DNA of 64,000 nt from Camelus ferus (GCF_009834535.1 NC_045697.1:93560001-93624000); one strand, 5' to 3'; shown: positions 12,734 to 26,761, counted from the stretch's first letter. The notes: generated by a model from the letters alone, not told the origin. Translations and numbers: made by a program.

Positions 12734-13392
12734 TGTTACCAAATCGAACTTAAGTCCATTCGCCCTGTTCACAGCAAAGTCAATCTGCTGATACCAGGGT
12801 GTGGTGAAGGAAAGTACAAAGTTTATTGCAAGGTACCCAACATGGGGCCTAGCAAGAACAGGCATTCATGATCAAAAAGACCCTGATGGCTTTCGGGGAA
12901 GGGTTTTTAAAGGTGTAGTGAGGGAGAGGGTCGGTCACAAGGTTCTTCATCAGCTCACGTATATCCTCCTGATTGGTTGGTGGTAAAGTAATGGTGATAT
13001 TTCTGGAACCTCTGTCATCAATTTTCTGGTTCCAACCCTTCTGGGGTCTGTGTGCTGGTTAGTCAGCATGCAGTTAACTTCTTCCACCAGGTGGAGTTTT
13101 TAGCATTTTCAAAACAATTTAAGGATATGACTAAGACACTATTGTCTATAGCCCTTGAGGAGGAGCTAAAGGTCCTTGACTTTGTTTTCTGGCTGAACTA
13201 TTATTATTTTGTCTTGCTTGACTGTTTTCCTTTGTTTTTGTATTTTCTCACTTCTCTGGTTAAATTTGCTCTTTGGAACTTGGGAAAGGCATAGGAGGTT
13301 ATAGCTTTTCTATGAACAAGAGATGGAAACAAGGTGAAGGTGAGGGTGAGGTCTGTCCCCAGGAAGGCCCTGCAGGGTCTGGCTTAGTTTCA
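12734..13392 (-). mobile_element. ERV1-class solo LTR (MER41/LTR8-like), 659 bp
   Basis: TGTTACC...GTTTCA termini with exact 4-bp TSD TTTC (12730-12733 / 13393-13396). Minus-strand AATAAA (tttatt 12822-12827), TATA-like ttaaaaaccc and CCAAT (attgg near 12972). Confidence 0.85.
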
Positions 13393-14544
13393 TTTCTAAG
13401 CATAAGGTAGTGGTTACCTAATGGATGTCTTCCCTTTCAAAAATACAGTCAGATCAACAGATACCAAAAGGCAGTTTCAAGATATGGACTACAGAGAATT
13501 CAGAGCCAGGAAAAATAAACTATAATATTTGAACATGTGTACATTTTTAGGTGAAGTTCAAAATATCCAACAAATATGTAAAATTTGTCTCTGTACATAA
13601 TTTCATCATTTAATTTTTGTTTTTAAAAATCATATTTAAAACTATAGTTGTCCTTATAAGAAAAAAAATATGTTCAATATGATTGTTTATGTAAAAATGT
13701 TAGTTTGATTTTTAAAGCATCATCTTTATCTGGATTTAATGTGTTCTATTATAAGGAGAGTCTTGTTTGTTTCAGTCTAACTGAATTCAGGTCATGGGCC
13801 TCCTCCTATAGCACTCATTTTCTGATGAATAATAAATCTTTATTTTTCTTATTTTCAGAATAAGTAAGATTCTTTCTTTCCCATTTGCCTTTCTCCTTTC
13901 TGTAACTAAATGCTGAGCCAAAAGACGAATTAATTTCCAATGCAGGGATTTTCTGCACCCTTAGGAGCTGTTGAGTATCTATGGGACACACACCCCACAG
14001 CAGTCACCTACCTGCAGACACACCCTAACTTCTTATTGTAATTGTCAGTAAATTAAGTTTACAGTTTTGGGTACCATGCAATTAAAATTTATGCAAGTTC
14101 AGTCAGCCTTGTTGAAAGCTATGTCTCATAATGTATTGTTCTACTTAACATTAGAAAAATACCCTTTAAGAAAAATTAGAGTATCTCTCCACAAGCTATG
14201 TTTGTTTTCTCTCTGGGGTGATGAACCATTGAGTTTTGGTCAACTGATCTGAAAGTTCTTATTGTAGATGTGTTTTTCTCATAGTCAAATTCGAAATGCT
14301 GAAACATTTTATGATTTAATTAAACTAACCTGCTTGAGATTATATTGAAAACTACAACACAGTGGTGTAGCTTTTTAGATACACTAAGAAACAAATAATT
14401 TACAGAAGTTTTAAAACTCTTTCATTGTTCTAGCCTACATGAAATACTTAATTCAATTAGATTTTTATATTCTGTGCTTTCCCATGTAGCATTGATCTTC
14501 TCCATAGATCTTCTTGATCTAGTTACTTTATTCTTGAATGTCAA

Positions 14545-14800
14545 GAGGGATTCATTTATTCATCAATTTAACCCATGGATACTTACTGAGTTCTTACAGT
14601 AATTTTTATCCAGTTCTAGTCCTTGGGTACTCACCCAAATGAGCTGTTGCCCTTGCCCTGAAAGCCTACTCTGTGATAAACAAGTAATTGGAACCAGGAT
14701 GGTAGGTCTAATAATAGGACTATGAACAGGTCATGGAAGGGAAGCTGTTGGGGTTGCCACCTTTGAATGAGCAAATTAAGAAGCTGCTGGGAAGAACAAA
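14545..14800 (-). mobile_element. L2 3' tail fragment
   Basis: ttcatttattcatcaa...tacttactgag...gcccttgccctgaaagcctactctg, a typical L2 3' end in reverse. Confidence 0.5.
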
Positions 14801-16169
14801 AACCCGAATGAACCTAGTAGAGGTACAGGGACTGAAAAATTGAGGCAAAGAAAATCTGGGTCCATTTACTGACATAGGTGTGCCATGTACATGCAAGAGG
14901 GGAGCCCCTTCCTGCCTCCTTCTCCTGCTTTTCCCCTCTGGACAGGCCTCCAAATTTCCAGTGTCCCTGAAAAGGTCTTAAAAAGTAAAGAAGAGGATGG
15001 TGAACCATCTGCATCTTCACTGTTTATTCTGTGGCTTTAGGAGAGCAAGTAACGGATTATACTGTTGGAGAATAGAGATTCTGTCTCTTTAGTGCAATTA
15101 TCCACCACTAACCCCTTCTCCAGTGCTTGCACCCATGTTTGGAAGAAGAGGAAAAGACAGACAAATTCCTGTTAGTGGGCAGGATCTAACTAGATAGCAT
15201 CCTGGCTTCAGTCCTGTCCCCCTCCCTGATACCTAGACTCACTTCCTCAGAGGTGAGGATAGAATGAAAGAGCTCACACTGAACATTTATTTTAGAATAT
15301 TATAAGCAAAATTAACATAATATAGGGCCTTTATATGATGGTAATAAATAACAATAAAGAAGATATACAAAGATGATCGACTACTGCACACAGATTATTC
15401 CAGCTCTAATTTTAATTAGCCTTTATATTCTGAAACGCTCATGGGACGTTGATCATTTTAATAATATTTTATCAAGTACATTGAAAATTATAACATATTG
15501 CTAAGGATAAAAATAAGTTTAGAATGATAGAAAACAAATAATAAAAATAGTAGTTAATAATTATAGTATTAAAGAAATTAGTAGATTGTGTCTATGTTAA
15601 TTGATTTTGCAAAATGAAAAATTTATTTTCTGTTAATTTTTATTTAAAATAACAGGTTTTATTTTCTAATCTACCACTTTCTTTTCTTCTCCTTATTTTT
15701 CATGGTATTTAATAACTGTTCATTCTCCCAGTACAGTTTTTCAACTAGGTTCATTGTTAACCTGTTAACTCTTAGAAACTTCCTCCCTCCGAAAATATAG
15801 TCAACTGGATTCATGAGAACATGTGTTGGAAGCTCAAGTATAGGTTGATGAAATGATAGAGGCTGACTGATTCCTATTTTAAAGATTATATTAATGAATA
15901 TGTTTTTCAAAAAGAAATTACCTGTGATATTTACTCAAAGATTCAACTATTTTGTTATAGTCTTCCCTTCTATATCCACTGTGAATTCATGTGCTTATTT
16001 TAAAGTTAATGATGACGATTATGGATGAGTTTACTATATAAAGTATGATCCAGATATTAAACATTTAATATTTTCTTGTTTGTTTTTATGAGTCCTTTTT
16101 CAGACATACATCTGTAAATAGTTTGTCTTAATCTTTGGAACATTTATGTTTTCTAATTAGTGTCTTTAT

Positions 16170-16385
16170 TGATTGAAATTTTTACTGATATAATTATAGA
16201 ATTACATGCAATTGTAAGAAATAATACAGAGAGATCCTATACTATTGAAATCTTTATTCAGTGTCCCCCAATGGTAAACTACTGCAAAGTATAGTATAGT
16301 ATCACAACTAGTATAATCACATTGATATAGTCAAGACACAGAACATTTTCATCCATAAAAAGGCCTCTCATTATCTTTTGAGTGA
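16170..16385 (-). mobile_element. Old L1 (L1MC-like) 3' end
   Basis: tagaattacatgcaattgtaagaaataatacagagagatcc...cccccaatggtaa...atcacaac...cattgatatagtcaagacacagaacatttt. Confidence 0.7.
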
Positions 16386-16399
16386 TGTGTAAATAGTAT

Positions 16400-16649
16400 T
16401 GTGTTTTCTTTTTGTTTTTGATGCCCTACATCCAATTTTTCTACCCCTCATCCCCACCTCTAGCAATCACCGATCTGTTCTTGATATCTGTGAGTTTGTT
16501 TTTGTGTTTTGCTTGTGTTTTGTTTTTTTTTTAGATTGCACGTATAAGAAAGATTCCCTATCTGACTTATTTCACTTAGCATAATGCCCTTGAGGTCCAT
16601 CCATGTTGTCACAAATTACAACATTTCATTCATTTTTATGGCTGAGTAA

Positions 16650-16713
<64 letters not shown>

Positions 16714-17640
16714 ACAATTTCTTTATTCATCCAGAGATGGACACTTATGTTTACCATATCTTGACTATTGTAAACAATGCTGTAATTAACATAGGGATGC
16801 ATATATATTTTCTCATTAGTTTTTTTTGTTTGTTTTCTACCTAGAAGTAGAATTGCTGGATCATATGGTAGTTCTATTTTTATTTTTTTGAAGAAACTCT
16901 GTACTGTTTTTCATAGTGACTGCATCAATTTACATTCCCAGCAACAATCCACAGTGTTCCCTTTCTCCAGATCCTCACCAGCACTTGTTATTTCTCATCT
17001 TTTTGATAATGGCCATTCTAACAGGCATGATGTGCTATGTCACTATGGTTTTGATCAATACTTCCCTGATTATTAATAATGTTTATTATCTTCTTACGTA
17101 TCTTTTGGACATAGGCATGTCTTCTTTGAAAAAATGTTTACTAAGGTTTTTTGTACATTTTAAAAATCATTGTTTGGGTTTCTTTGGCTATTGAGGTGTA
17201 TGAGTTCTTTATATATTTTGGTTATCGGCACCTTATCAGATAAATGATGTGCAAATATTTTCTCCCATTCAGTAAGTTCCCTTTTCATTTTTTCATGGTT
17301 TCCTTTGCTATGCAGAAGCTTTTTAATTTGATGGAGTCTCACTTGCTTATTTTTGCTTTTTTACTTTCTCTTTTGGTTTTAAATTTTAAAAAGTCATAAC
17401 CAAGACCTGTGTCAAGGAGCTTACCACCTATGTTTCCTCCTAGGTGTTTCATGGTTTCAGGAATTATATTCAGGTCTTTATCTATCTTGAGTTAATTTTT
17501 GTATATGCTGTAAAGTAGTGGTCAAGTTTCTTTCTTTTTTGGTAGCTGTCTAATTTTCCCAACACCATTTATTGAAGAGACTGTCCTTTCACAATCATAT
17601 ATTCTTGGCTCTTTTGCTGTAAATTAATTGACAGGATATA
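16400..17640 (-). mobile_element. L1 3' UTR plus ORF2 C-terminal fragment (L1MA-like)
   Basis: gacttatttcacttagcataatgccctt..., ORF-track peptide KRELTEWEKIFAHHLSDK...KIYKEL (L1 ORF2). Many stops and frameshifts. Confidence 0.9.
16656..16710. repeat. (TA)27 microsatellite inside L1
   Basis: Uninterrupted TA run seen directly. Confidence 0.97.
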
Positions 17641-19480
17641 TGTTGTTTTCATTTTCCCTGATGACATGTGATGTGGAGCATCTTTTCATATGATTATTTG
17701 CCATCTGTATGCCTTCTTTGGTGAGGTGTCTGTTAAGGTATTTAGCCCATTTTTAATTGGGTTGTTTTCCTATTGTTGAATTTTAGAATTCCTTGTGTAT
17801 TTTTGATAACAGTCCATTATTAAATGTGTCTTTTGCACATATTTTTCTCCTGGTTTGTAGCTAGTTTTTTAATTTTCTTGACAGCATCTTTCATAGAGCA
17901 AACATTTGTTATTTTAATGAGATTCAGCCTATCAGTTCTTCCTGAATCATACCTTTAGTTCAAATCTAAAAAGCCCAACACCAAAACTAAGGTCATCTAA
18001 ATCTTCTCCTACTTTATCTTCTAGGAGTCTTATGGTTTTGCATTTTACATTTAGGTCTCTGAACCATTTTGAATTAATTTCAAATGTGAAGAGTGTAAGA
18101 TTTGTGTCTAGATTCATTATTTTTTGCATGTGAATATCCAGTTATTTTAACAAAGTTCATTGAGAAGACTATCTTTCCTTCATTGTAGTGTCTTTGTTCC
18201 CAGGTCAAGATCATTTGACTGTTTATATGGGTCTATTTTTGTGCTCTATATTCTGTTCTGTTGATCTGTTTGTCTTTTTTTGGTTAATGTCACACTCTTG
18301 ATTACTGTAGCTTTACCATATGCCTTGAAGTTAGGCATTATCAGTGTTCCAGCTTTGTTCTCATTCAGTAATGTGTTACTATTCTGGATCTTTTGTCTCT
18401 GTGTTTAAATTTTAAAGTTAGTTTGTCAATATCCACCAAATAACTTTCTGGGATTTTGATTAGGATTGCACTGAATCTATAGGTCAATTTGGGAAGAACT
18501 GATATCTTGACAATGTTGATTCCTTCTATCCAAGAATATGGAATCTCTCTCCATTTATTTAGTTTTTCTTTGATTTCTTTCATTAGAGTTTTGTAATTTT
18601 CCTTATATAGATCATGTAGATATTTTATTAGATTTATAAGTAAGTATTTAATTTTGTGAGGTGATAAAACAAATGGTATCGTGTTTTTGTATTTCAGATT
18701 CTACTTGATCATTGCTGGTAGTTAGAAAAGTGATTGGTTCTATCTTGCAAACTTGTTACACTCACTTATAAGTTCTAGGAGTTTTTTGTTTATTCTTTTG
18801 ACTTCTACACAGATGACTGTGAACAAATTGCATTTCTTCTTTTCCACTCAGTAAATATTCCATCATTTTTCTTGTTTTATACATTAGTTAGGCTTTCCAA
18901 TACAATATTGAAAAAGAGTGGTAAGATGGAACATCCTTGCCTTGTTCCTGATCTTAGCAGGGAGACTTTTACTCTCTATTCAGTATGATGTTAGTTACAG
19001 ATATTTTGTAGATATTCTTTATCAAATTGAGGAAGTTTCTGTCTGTCCCTAATTTATTGATATTTTTATCATGAATTAATATTGAATTTTTCAAATGATA
19101 TATTAGCATCTATTGATACTACATGATTTTCTTCTTTAGTTTGTTGATACAATGGATTACATTTATTTATTTTTAAAGTTGAATCAGTCTTGTGGTTCAT
19201 AATTTTTTATACATTGCTGGATAGAGCTGAGGAGCGTTTGCATCTTCATGTTTGAGAGATATTGGTCTGTAGTTGTCTTTCCCTATAATATCTTTGTCTG
19301 ATTTTCATTTTATAGTAATGTTGATCTTAAAAGATTGAACTAGGGAAAATGTACATCCAGCATCTGAAAGAGATATAGAAAATTAGTATAATTTCTTCCA
19401 CAAATGCTTGGGAGAATTCACCTCTGAACCTATCTAGGCCTGGTGCTTTGTGTTCTAAAGTTTATTAATTATTGATTCAG
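17641..19480 (-). mobile_element. Older L1 ORF2 fragment (RT to C-terminal region), decayed
   Basis: ORF-track peptides KEIKEKLNKWREIPYSWIEGINIVKISVLPKLTYRFSAILIKIP and INSKWFRDLNVKCKTIRLLE are L1 ORF2 motifs. ggaacatccttgccttgttcctgatctt corresponds to the G(T)RQGCP RT motif. Confidence 0.9.
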
Positions 19481-19726
19481 TTTGATACAGATTTTAATAT
19501 TCAATCTTTGTAAGATAGTTTTCTATTGAAAATCATGTTGATAATTTGAAACATACATTTTTGTTTACTCTGTTTGAACATTTAATGAAAGCAAAGTGAC
19601 CATGGATATATTTTATAATTTAGTGCAAAGAAATTCTTTAAAGTATTGATTTTTTTTAACTCTTCAGATAATTAGAAAGTGGTGAGAGTAAAAAGCATAT
19701 TTTTGTTGTTAAAATCGTAAGTACTT

Positions 19727-20638
19727 CATAAACCCACACACTTATGGTCATTTAGTCTTCAAAAAAGGAGACAAGAATATACATTGAAGAAAAGACAGTC
19801 TTCAATAAGTGGTGCTGGGAAAATCAGACAGCTGCATGTAAAAGAATGAAGTTGGAACATTTTCTCACACTATATGCAAAAATAAACTCAAAATGGATTA
19901 AAGATCTCAATGTAAGACCAGAAATCATAAAACTCCTAAAAGAAACCATAAACAGAACACTCTATGACATAAATTGTAACTTTTTTTTTTTTTGGATCTT
20001 CCTCCTCAGGCAAAGGAAACAAAAGCAAAAATGAACAAATGGAACCTAATTAAGCTTAAAAGGAAACTATTGGCAAAACAAAAAGACAACCTACAGAATG
20101 GAAGAAAATGTTTGCAAATGATATGAACATCAAGGGGTTAATATCCAAAATTTGTAAATAACTCATACAACTCAATGTCAAATAAAAAACATCCTGATTA
20201 AAAAATGGGCAGAAGACCTGAATATATATGTTTCCAAAGGAGACATACATATGGACATAACCAGGCACATGAAAAGATGCTCAATATTGCTAATCAGAGA
20301 AATGTAAGTCAAAACCGTAATGAGATATCACCTCACACGTGTCAGAACGGCTATCATCAAACAACACCACAGATAACAAATGCTGGTGAAAGTGTGGAAA
20401 AAAGGGAACCCTAGTATTCTGTTGGTGGGGATGTGAATTAATGCAGCCACTATGGAAAACAGTATAGAGATTCCTTGAAAAACTAATAATAGAACTGTTA
20501 CATGATCCAGCACTTCCACTACTGGTATATATCTGAAGAAAACAAAAACACTAATTTAAGAAAATGCATGCACCCCATGTTAATATGGAAACAACTTAAG
20601 TGTCCATCAACAGATGAATTAGTTTAAGAAGATAAGGT

Positions 20639-20670
<32 letters not shown>

Positions 20671-21114
20671 ACAATGGAATATTACTCAGCCATAAAAGAA
20701 TGAAATCCTGCTGTTTGCAACAACATAGTGGATCCAGAGGGTATTAAGCTTAGTGAAATAAGTCAGACAGAAAAAGACAAACAGTGTATGTTATTGCTTA
20801 TATGTGAAATCTAAAAAGTAAAACAAATTAATATAACAAGACAGAGGCAGACTCATACAGAGAACAAACTAATGGTTACGAGACTGGAGAGTGAAGGGGA
20901 GGAAGGAGCAAGACAGGGGTAGGAGATTAAAAGGTTCAAACTATTATGTATAAAGTAAATAAATTCGAAGGATATATTATACAGCACAGGGAACTATAGC
21001 CACTAGTTTAAAATAACTTTAAATGGAATATAATCAATAAAAATATTGAATCACTACGTTGCTCATGTGAAACTAATATTGTAAACAAGTATATGTCAAT
21101 AAAAATAAATAAAT
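19727..21114 (+). mobile_element. 5'-truncated L1 (ORF2 C-terminus plus 3' UTR and poly(A)), about 1.4 kb
   Basis: Peptide [34 protein letters not shown]-rich tail. TSD aaaatcgtaagtactt (19711-19726) / aaaattgtaattactt (21115-21130), 14/16 match, at a TT/AAAA site. Internal (CA)n near 20639-20673. Confidence 0.92.
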
Positions 21115-23044
21115 AAAATTGTAATTACTTTATTTGAAAGTCTTTATTAAGTAATTTGTTTAATCATTAATACTGATAAAATTATATATTTTTCTTTATT
21201 CAAGATATGTGTGTTGGTAAGTTAACATATTTTTAAGTAGTAGCCTATACATATATTGTTTTTTTGAAATTTAATTCATTTATAAATTAGATAATATTTC
21301 AAACATGTTAAACTTACTAATCTCTGATATTCTTTATCAATAACACCATATATAAAATCTAATTATATTATGTATCCCCTCAAGCTTCTCTATATGTGCA
21401 TATACTATATATTGTCTCTGAGGGCTGCACTAAATATGGGATACTCAGGGCTTATTTTCATTTGAATCAAAATGGAACTTATATAAAGGAATTATTAGTT
21501 GTCAGAATTAACTGTACTAGAATGAGATTAAATGATACATGGATATAAACACTGAAAAAAATAAATAAAATACATGCAGATGTTTTAAATTTTCTGTTTC
21601 TATGATTATACAAAATAACTTGAATACTGTTTAAAATTAATGTAATTCCACACACTAGACTTAGTCTGTCTTCAGCATACTGCTATCATTTTTCATGGTA
21701 TGTAATTTGCAGATACACTTCTGTAAAAGTGATTTAATAGTTAAATACATGATATGCAATGTTCATTTAAAGCCTTAAGCTTTTACTGTACTTGTCTTGA
21801 TTTTCAAACAAAATTTTACTTCATAGTACATTAATTTCTCAGGAATTTTTGCACTTTGTCATTAACATGCTTTTATTATTTCAATAAACAAAAATAAATA
21901 TGGTATTAGCTCTTTGGCTCCATGCTTCAGTAATTTCACTAAACAGCTGGAAGACGAATGTAGATGACTATTGGTTTAATAATATGTATTGATTCTACTG
22001 TGTTTAAATTCTTATTTTTGAACAATAGTGTACTTATATCTATAAGTTGATAAATAGGTTGTAGTCTTAATCATGAAATAGTAGAATCTACAGCTGGCTA
22101 AATAATGTGTTTTCTTACAAATTACTTAAAGTACAGATGCCAAGCACATTGCATTCTCCATTTAACAAGAGAATTGGATTGCCTGGAAGTCCTTTTATCA
22201 TTAGCTCTTATCAATATTAGTATAGATGTTGGAATTGTAGCTATCTGTTTCAAATTAGCTCCATCACAAAATGCGATTTCCAAATATACAGAATGTTTAC
22301 AAACTTTTCCAAATTTGAGGTAATATATACATTCTGATATTGTTTCAGTAATAATAATAGTTGAAAAAGTTAACTTACATAGATACTTAATGTTTGCATA
22401 TTGTTCACTGTATTTTTGAAAAATAGGAATATCCAGCATTGAATAACAGTTAAAGTATTATGTAACTCTAGGATTTTAATGTGTGGTTATGCAAATTATA
22501 ACATCATTCGATAATAGTGTTTTATTTTTTGTCATTTCAAGTTACATATAAACATTATGTAATAAGTTATTACCTTTATGATCTCATTTCTGTTAAAAAT
22601 ATAAACAGATATATTTAAGTTCTAACTTATTTTACTTTTACAATCCAGTGACTGATTTCTCTCAGTAACTTACAGAAATGGATGGAAGATTGATAGCTTT
22701 CATTCGTTTATGCATATATATGGTCTTAGTCCGGTGGTGGGAGAAAGTATTACAGTTATTAATAGATATACTAGTTAGAATGAAAAAGTCCATTTCTAAT
22801 CTCGTCATAATTTCTCATTGCTTCATCATAGACTTCATAGTGTATTGACATGTGAACTTTCTCATGTGGAAATTGAGATGTCAGTTTACCATAAACATGT
22901 AAATAGAGAGGGGAAGTTTTTTGTTTTGGGAATAAATTTAAAAGAAAGACAGAGTCTAATACTACTCAAAATATCTAAAACTGTTATTCGAAAGATGGTA
23001 AGTGAGTCACCAGTAAGTACTAAATGGCAGTTAAACCTTTTATA

Positions 23045-23484
23045 GGCTTTTTTAAAACAACGTAAGAATTTTTTGTGCAACATAAGGATTTGATGTACAT
23101 GTGTATTAAAAATGATTACCACAATAAATTTAGTTAACGTCCATTGCCTCACATAGTTAATTTTTTTCTTGTGACGAGAACTTCTATGATAGACTGTCTT
23201 AGCAACTTTCAAATATAAAATATAATATAGCTTTAGTAAACATGCTGTACATTATATCCCCTGGACTTATTTATCCTGTAACTAGAATTTTGTACTTTTT
23301 GATCACCTTCTCTCATTTTTGTCACCCCTGATCCCTTGTGTCTGGCAACCACCAATCTGTTCTCTGTATTTATTTTTTTTTAAGATTCTACATATAAATG
23401 AGATCATATAAAAATGTGTCTTTATCTTTTTGATTCATTTCACTTAACATAATGCCCTCAAGATCTATGCTTGTAACAAACTGT

Positions 23485-23486
<2 letters not shown>
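23045..23486 (-). mobile_element. L1 (L1MA9-like) 3' end fragment
   Basis: aaatgattaccacaataaatttagttaacgtccattgcctcacatagtta...catgctgtacatt...ctggcaaccaccaatctgttctctg. Confidence 0.8.

Positions 23487-23516
<30 letters not shown>
23487..23516. repeat. (TG)15 microsatellite
   Basis: Seen directly. Confidence 0.95.
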
Positions 23517-23517
<1 letters not shown>

Positions 23518-23649
23518 TTAACAATACATTGATACATAAATAATGCTTGATCTCATGAGTTTTAAGAAAACCTTAAAGATTTTCTATTATCTGCTAGTTT
23601 TAGAAATATCCTGTGCTCTTGTAATATCATGAGACCATCCATGTGTTCC

Positions 23650-24830
23650 TTTTTCCCCAGCTTTATTGAGATATAATTGACATATAACATTGTATAAGTG
23701 TATGGTATAGAACGTGTTTGATTTGATACATTTATATATTGCACAATAATTACTGCCACAGTGTTAGCTAACACCTACGTCATGTCTTATAATTACCATT
23801 TCTTTTTTTGTGGTGTGGTCATTTAAGGTGGTGTGGACATGTCTTAGCAACTTTTAAGTATATAATACAGTATTTATTAGCTATCATCACCATGCTGTAC
23901 ATTAGTTTCACAGAACTCACTCATCTTATAACTGGAAGTTTGTACTTTTTGACTAAATTTCTCTGTTTCTCTTACTCCCCATCCCCTGGTAGGGACCATT
24001 CAAGTCTCTGTTTCTGTAAGTTTGGCCTTTTTAGATTCCGTATATTTGTGATATTATACAGTATTTGTTGTTCTCTCTCTGATCTGTTTCACTTAGCATA
24101 ATGCCTTCTAGGTCCATCTGTGTTGTAGAATGTCCTTATTTCTCATGACTAAATAATATTCTGTTGTGTGTGTGTGTGTATGTACTTTATTGTACTTTAT
24201 CCACATATGGCATCTATGTAACATTTCTTCTTTGTCCATTCATCCTTTGATGGACAGACACTTAGATGTTTTCTTATCTTGGCTATTGTGAATAATGCTG
24301 TAGTGGACATGGGAATGCAGGTATCTCTTGAAGGATCCATATTTTCATTTCCTTTGGATAGGTACCTGAATGTAGGATTGCTGGACCATATGGTAGTTCT
24401 ATTTTTAATTTTTTGAGGAACTTCTATACAGTTTTCATAATGGCTTTACAAATTAACATTCCCATCAACAGTGCACAGGGTTCCCTTTTTTGCACATCCT
24501 CACCAGAACTTGTTATCCCTTGTCTTTTTGATGTTAGCAGTTCTAAAAGGTGTGAGGTGATATCTCATTGTGGTTTTAATTTGCATTTTCCTGATGATTA
24601 GTGATTCTGAACATCTTTTCACATACTTGTTGACTATCTGTATGTCTTCTTTGGAAGAATATCAATTCTGTACCTCTATTCATTTTTAATCAGATTTTTA
24701 TTGCTATAAAGGTATATAATTTCTTTATAAATTTTGAATATTAACCCCTTATCAGATATATGATTTGCAAATATTTTATAACATTTTGCATGTTGCCTTA
24801 TCATTCTCTTGATGCTTTAATTTGCTGCAC
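23650..24830 (-). mobile_element. L1 (L1MA9-like) 3' UTR plus ORF2 end
   Basis: cagctttattgagatataattgacatataacattgt...ttgaggaacttctatacag...gtgtgaggtgatatctcattgtgg...aacccccttatcagatata. Possible diverged TSD ccatgtgttcct / ccatgagtttct. Confidence 0.88.
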
Positions 24831-25465
24831 AACTTCCATGAGTTTCTAATCTCCACGCTCACCTTTGTTCTGTTCTCACACCAGTTCTTATTACCTTGTT
24901 TTCCCTCTGAATAGAGTGTTTAATGACTTTGTTCTGAGTCATTCCATCAGTGTTTTTAATGTTTCTCCAGTTTCAGAACAACAGTAAATTCACTACAATA
25001 ATTGAATACTCACCAAGAAGTTGGATCATAGGGAGAAAAAAGATTTAATTTAGATTTTAATTTAGATAAGATATTGATAATTTTCCCATGCTCCAGTTAC
25101 ATGACCATCACTTTGGGAGGAAGGAAATCCTTCATTAATTTCCAAGGAGATAAACAAACATCACAGATACTCAGACTGCTTTCAAAAAAAATTATATGCT
25201 TTTCTTTTTAAAAAGTACCACAGCTGAAGAATGCATTGATTTTGTGAGGACAGAAATGCAACAAGACCAGAGCAAATGAAAATGTTCTTGCAAATTTAGC
25301 TTCTGAATTTGAACATATCAGCTTAGGTAATATAGAATACAGTAAAGATCAAATATTAGATAATTTAATTGTATGGGAGGTCGTTGTAAATAGGGATAAA
25401 TAGGAAAATAAAGAGATGCCCTTTTGTTTAAAATCTTCAGCCAGGAAACAAATAAAAAAGTATTC

Positions 25466-25552
25466 TGTCTTCCTTTCTTCCTTCCTTTCTTCCTTTCCCT
25501 CTTCTCTGTCTCTCTCTCTCTCTCTCTCTCACGTGTGCACTCTCTCTCTTTC
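25466..25552. repeat. Polypyrimidine / (TC)n low-complexity tract
   Basis: CTTC, CTTT and TC repeats seen directly. Confidence 0.85.
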
Positions 25553-26761
25553 CACAGCTCTCTAAAGTTTCTTCACTTGTCTTCCACCCAAATTTGAGTT
25601 ACAGATGCAAAGTCACTTTGAAAAAATTGATAAACAGTTGAAGTTTAGCATCAACTGAATTTCAAAACTTCTCAGTCTTCCCCTCCTTATGATTATTAAG
25701 ATATCCTTTATATTTTTAAGTTTTCCTTCCCTATTATAGCTCCCAGATTATAAACATACAAAAATCTAAGTTGATATATATTTAGTATTTCATAGAATAA
25801 TATTTAAATATGTATTTGTTTACAGTTGTATTTTAGTGCAGTTATATACAGGTATTAGATTTAAGAATGGTAAATTTACGAGATGTTCCAAATTTAATTG
25901 ATCTAATAGAGTAAATTCACTTGCACTTCAAGGACAGATACAACGCTATCCAATATTGAGTTAGAGGGCAACTAGACAAATTGCATGAACAGTTATAAAT
26001 ATCTATGACTACTAAAATTACCACATTAATAAAATTTAAAAAATAGTATTTAAGGATACCCCAAAATAGTTATTATCCTTTTCATGTCAGAAAAGATTGT
26101 GTAATATATCAGGAAATGTTTCTAGCATTAACTTTGTGAGATGCAGGGAGGTATACCAGAAATCTATGGCGACAGATCTGTAACAAAAGAAATGTACAAC
26201 AACAGCTAAAGTTGTTTAAACTAACACTGCTGTACTCATTACAAAAGAGAAAGTATGGAGAATAATGTTTATATAAAAAATTACAATTTTTCATAGCAGA
26301 CAATAAATATTTGGAGTCATTGTCATGTGTCTCACTAAGGCTAACTGGTATCTCTAATTTGATCATTATTTAGATTTTCTCAGTGTAGCTTCCATGAATG
26401 TTCCTTCTTCAGGATATGTAAAGCTGAAAACAGAATCTTAACTAAAAAGGACTTAAATTATTAAAAAAGAGCATTTATTAACTCATTTAAGAAAAACATT
26501 CAAAGGCAAAAGGAGCATCAAATAAGGTTTTTCCTGCCCCTCTCAGCTTTCAGTGTAGAAGAGAAACACTGTTCTCCTTTAGATCAGGAGCTGAGGGAGG
26601 GGGTGAGAGGTATTGAGAAGGATTGGGTTTGCTTGATAAGTGGCAGGAGCCAGACTCCTTACCGAACAAGGGGCCTCTGGGCAGTCAGGGCACCCGGGTG
26701 GTGCTCATCCCAGGACTCCCCCAGCACTGGTGGAGTTCCCCCAGACCCAAAGAGTCTGTAG

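Noticed and set aside
13859..13863. 5-nt microexon ttcag|AATAA|gtaaga
   Set aside because: Not frame-preserving and lacks other microexon hallmarks. Likely chance.
14946..14999. 54-nt in-frame exon candidate (LQISSVPEKVLKSKEED)
   Set aside because: Good polypyrimidine tract but a weak donor (gtgaac) and no recognisable peptide.
23810..23840. Small tandem duplications inside L1s (gtggtgtggNcat x2; also aactatatt x2 near 48173-48190)
   Set aside because: Ordinary slippage-type micro-duplications with no sign of function.
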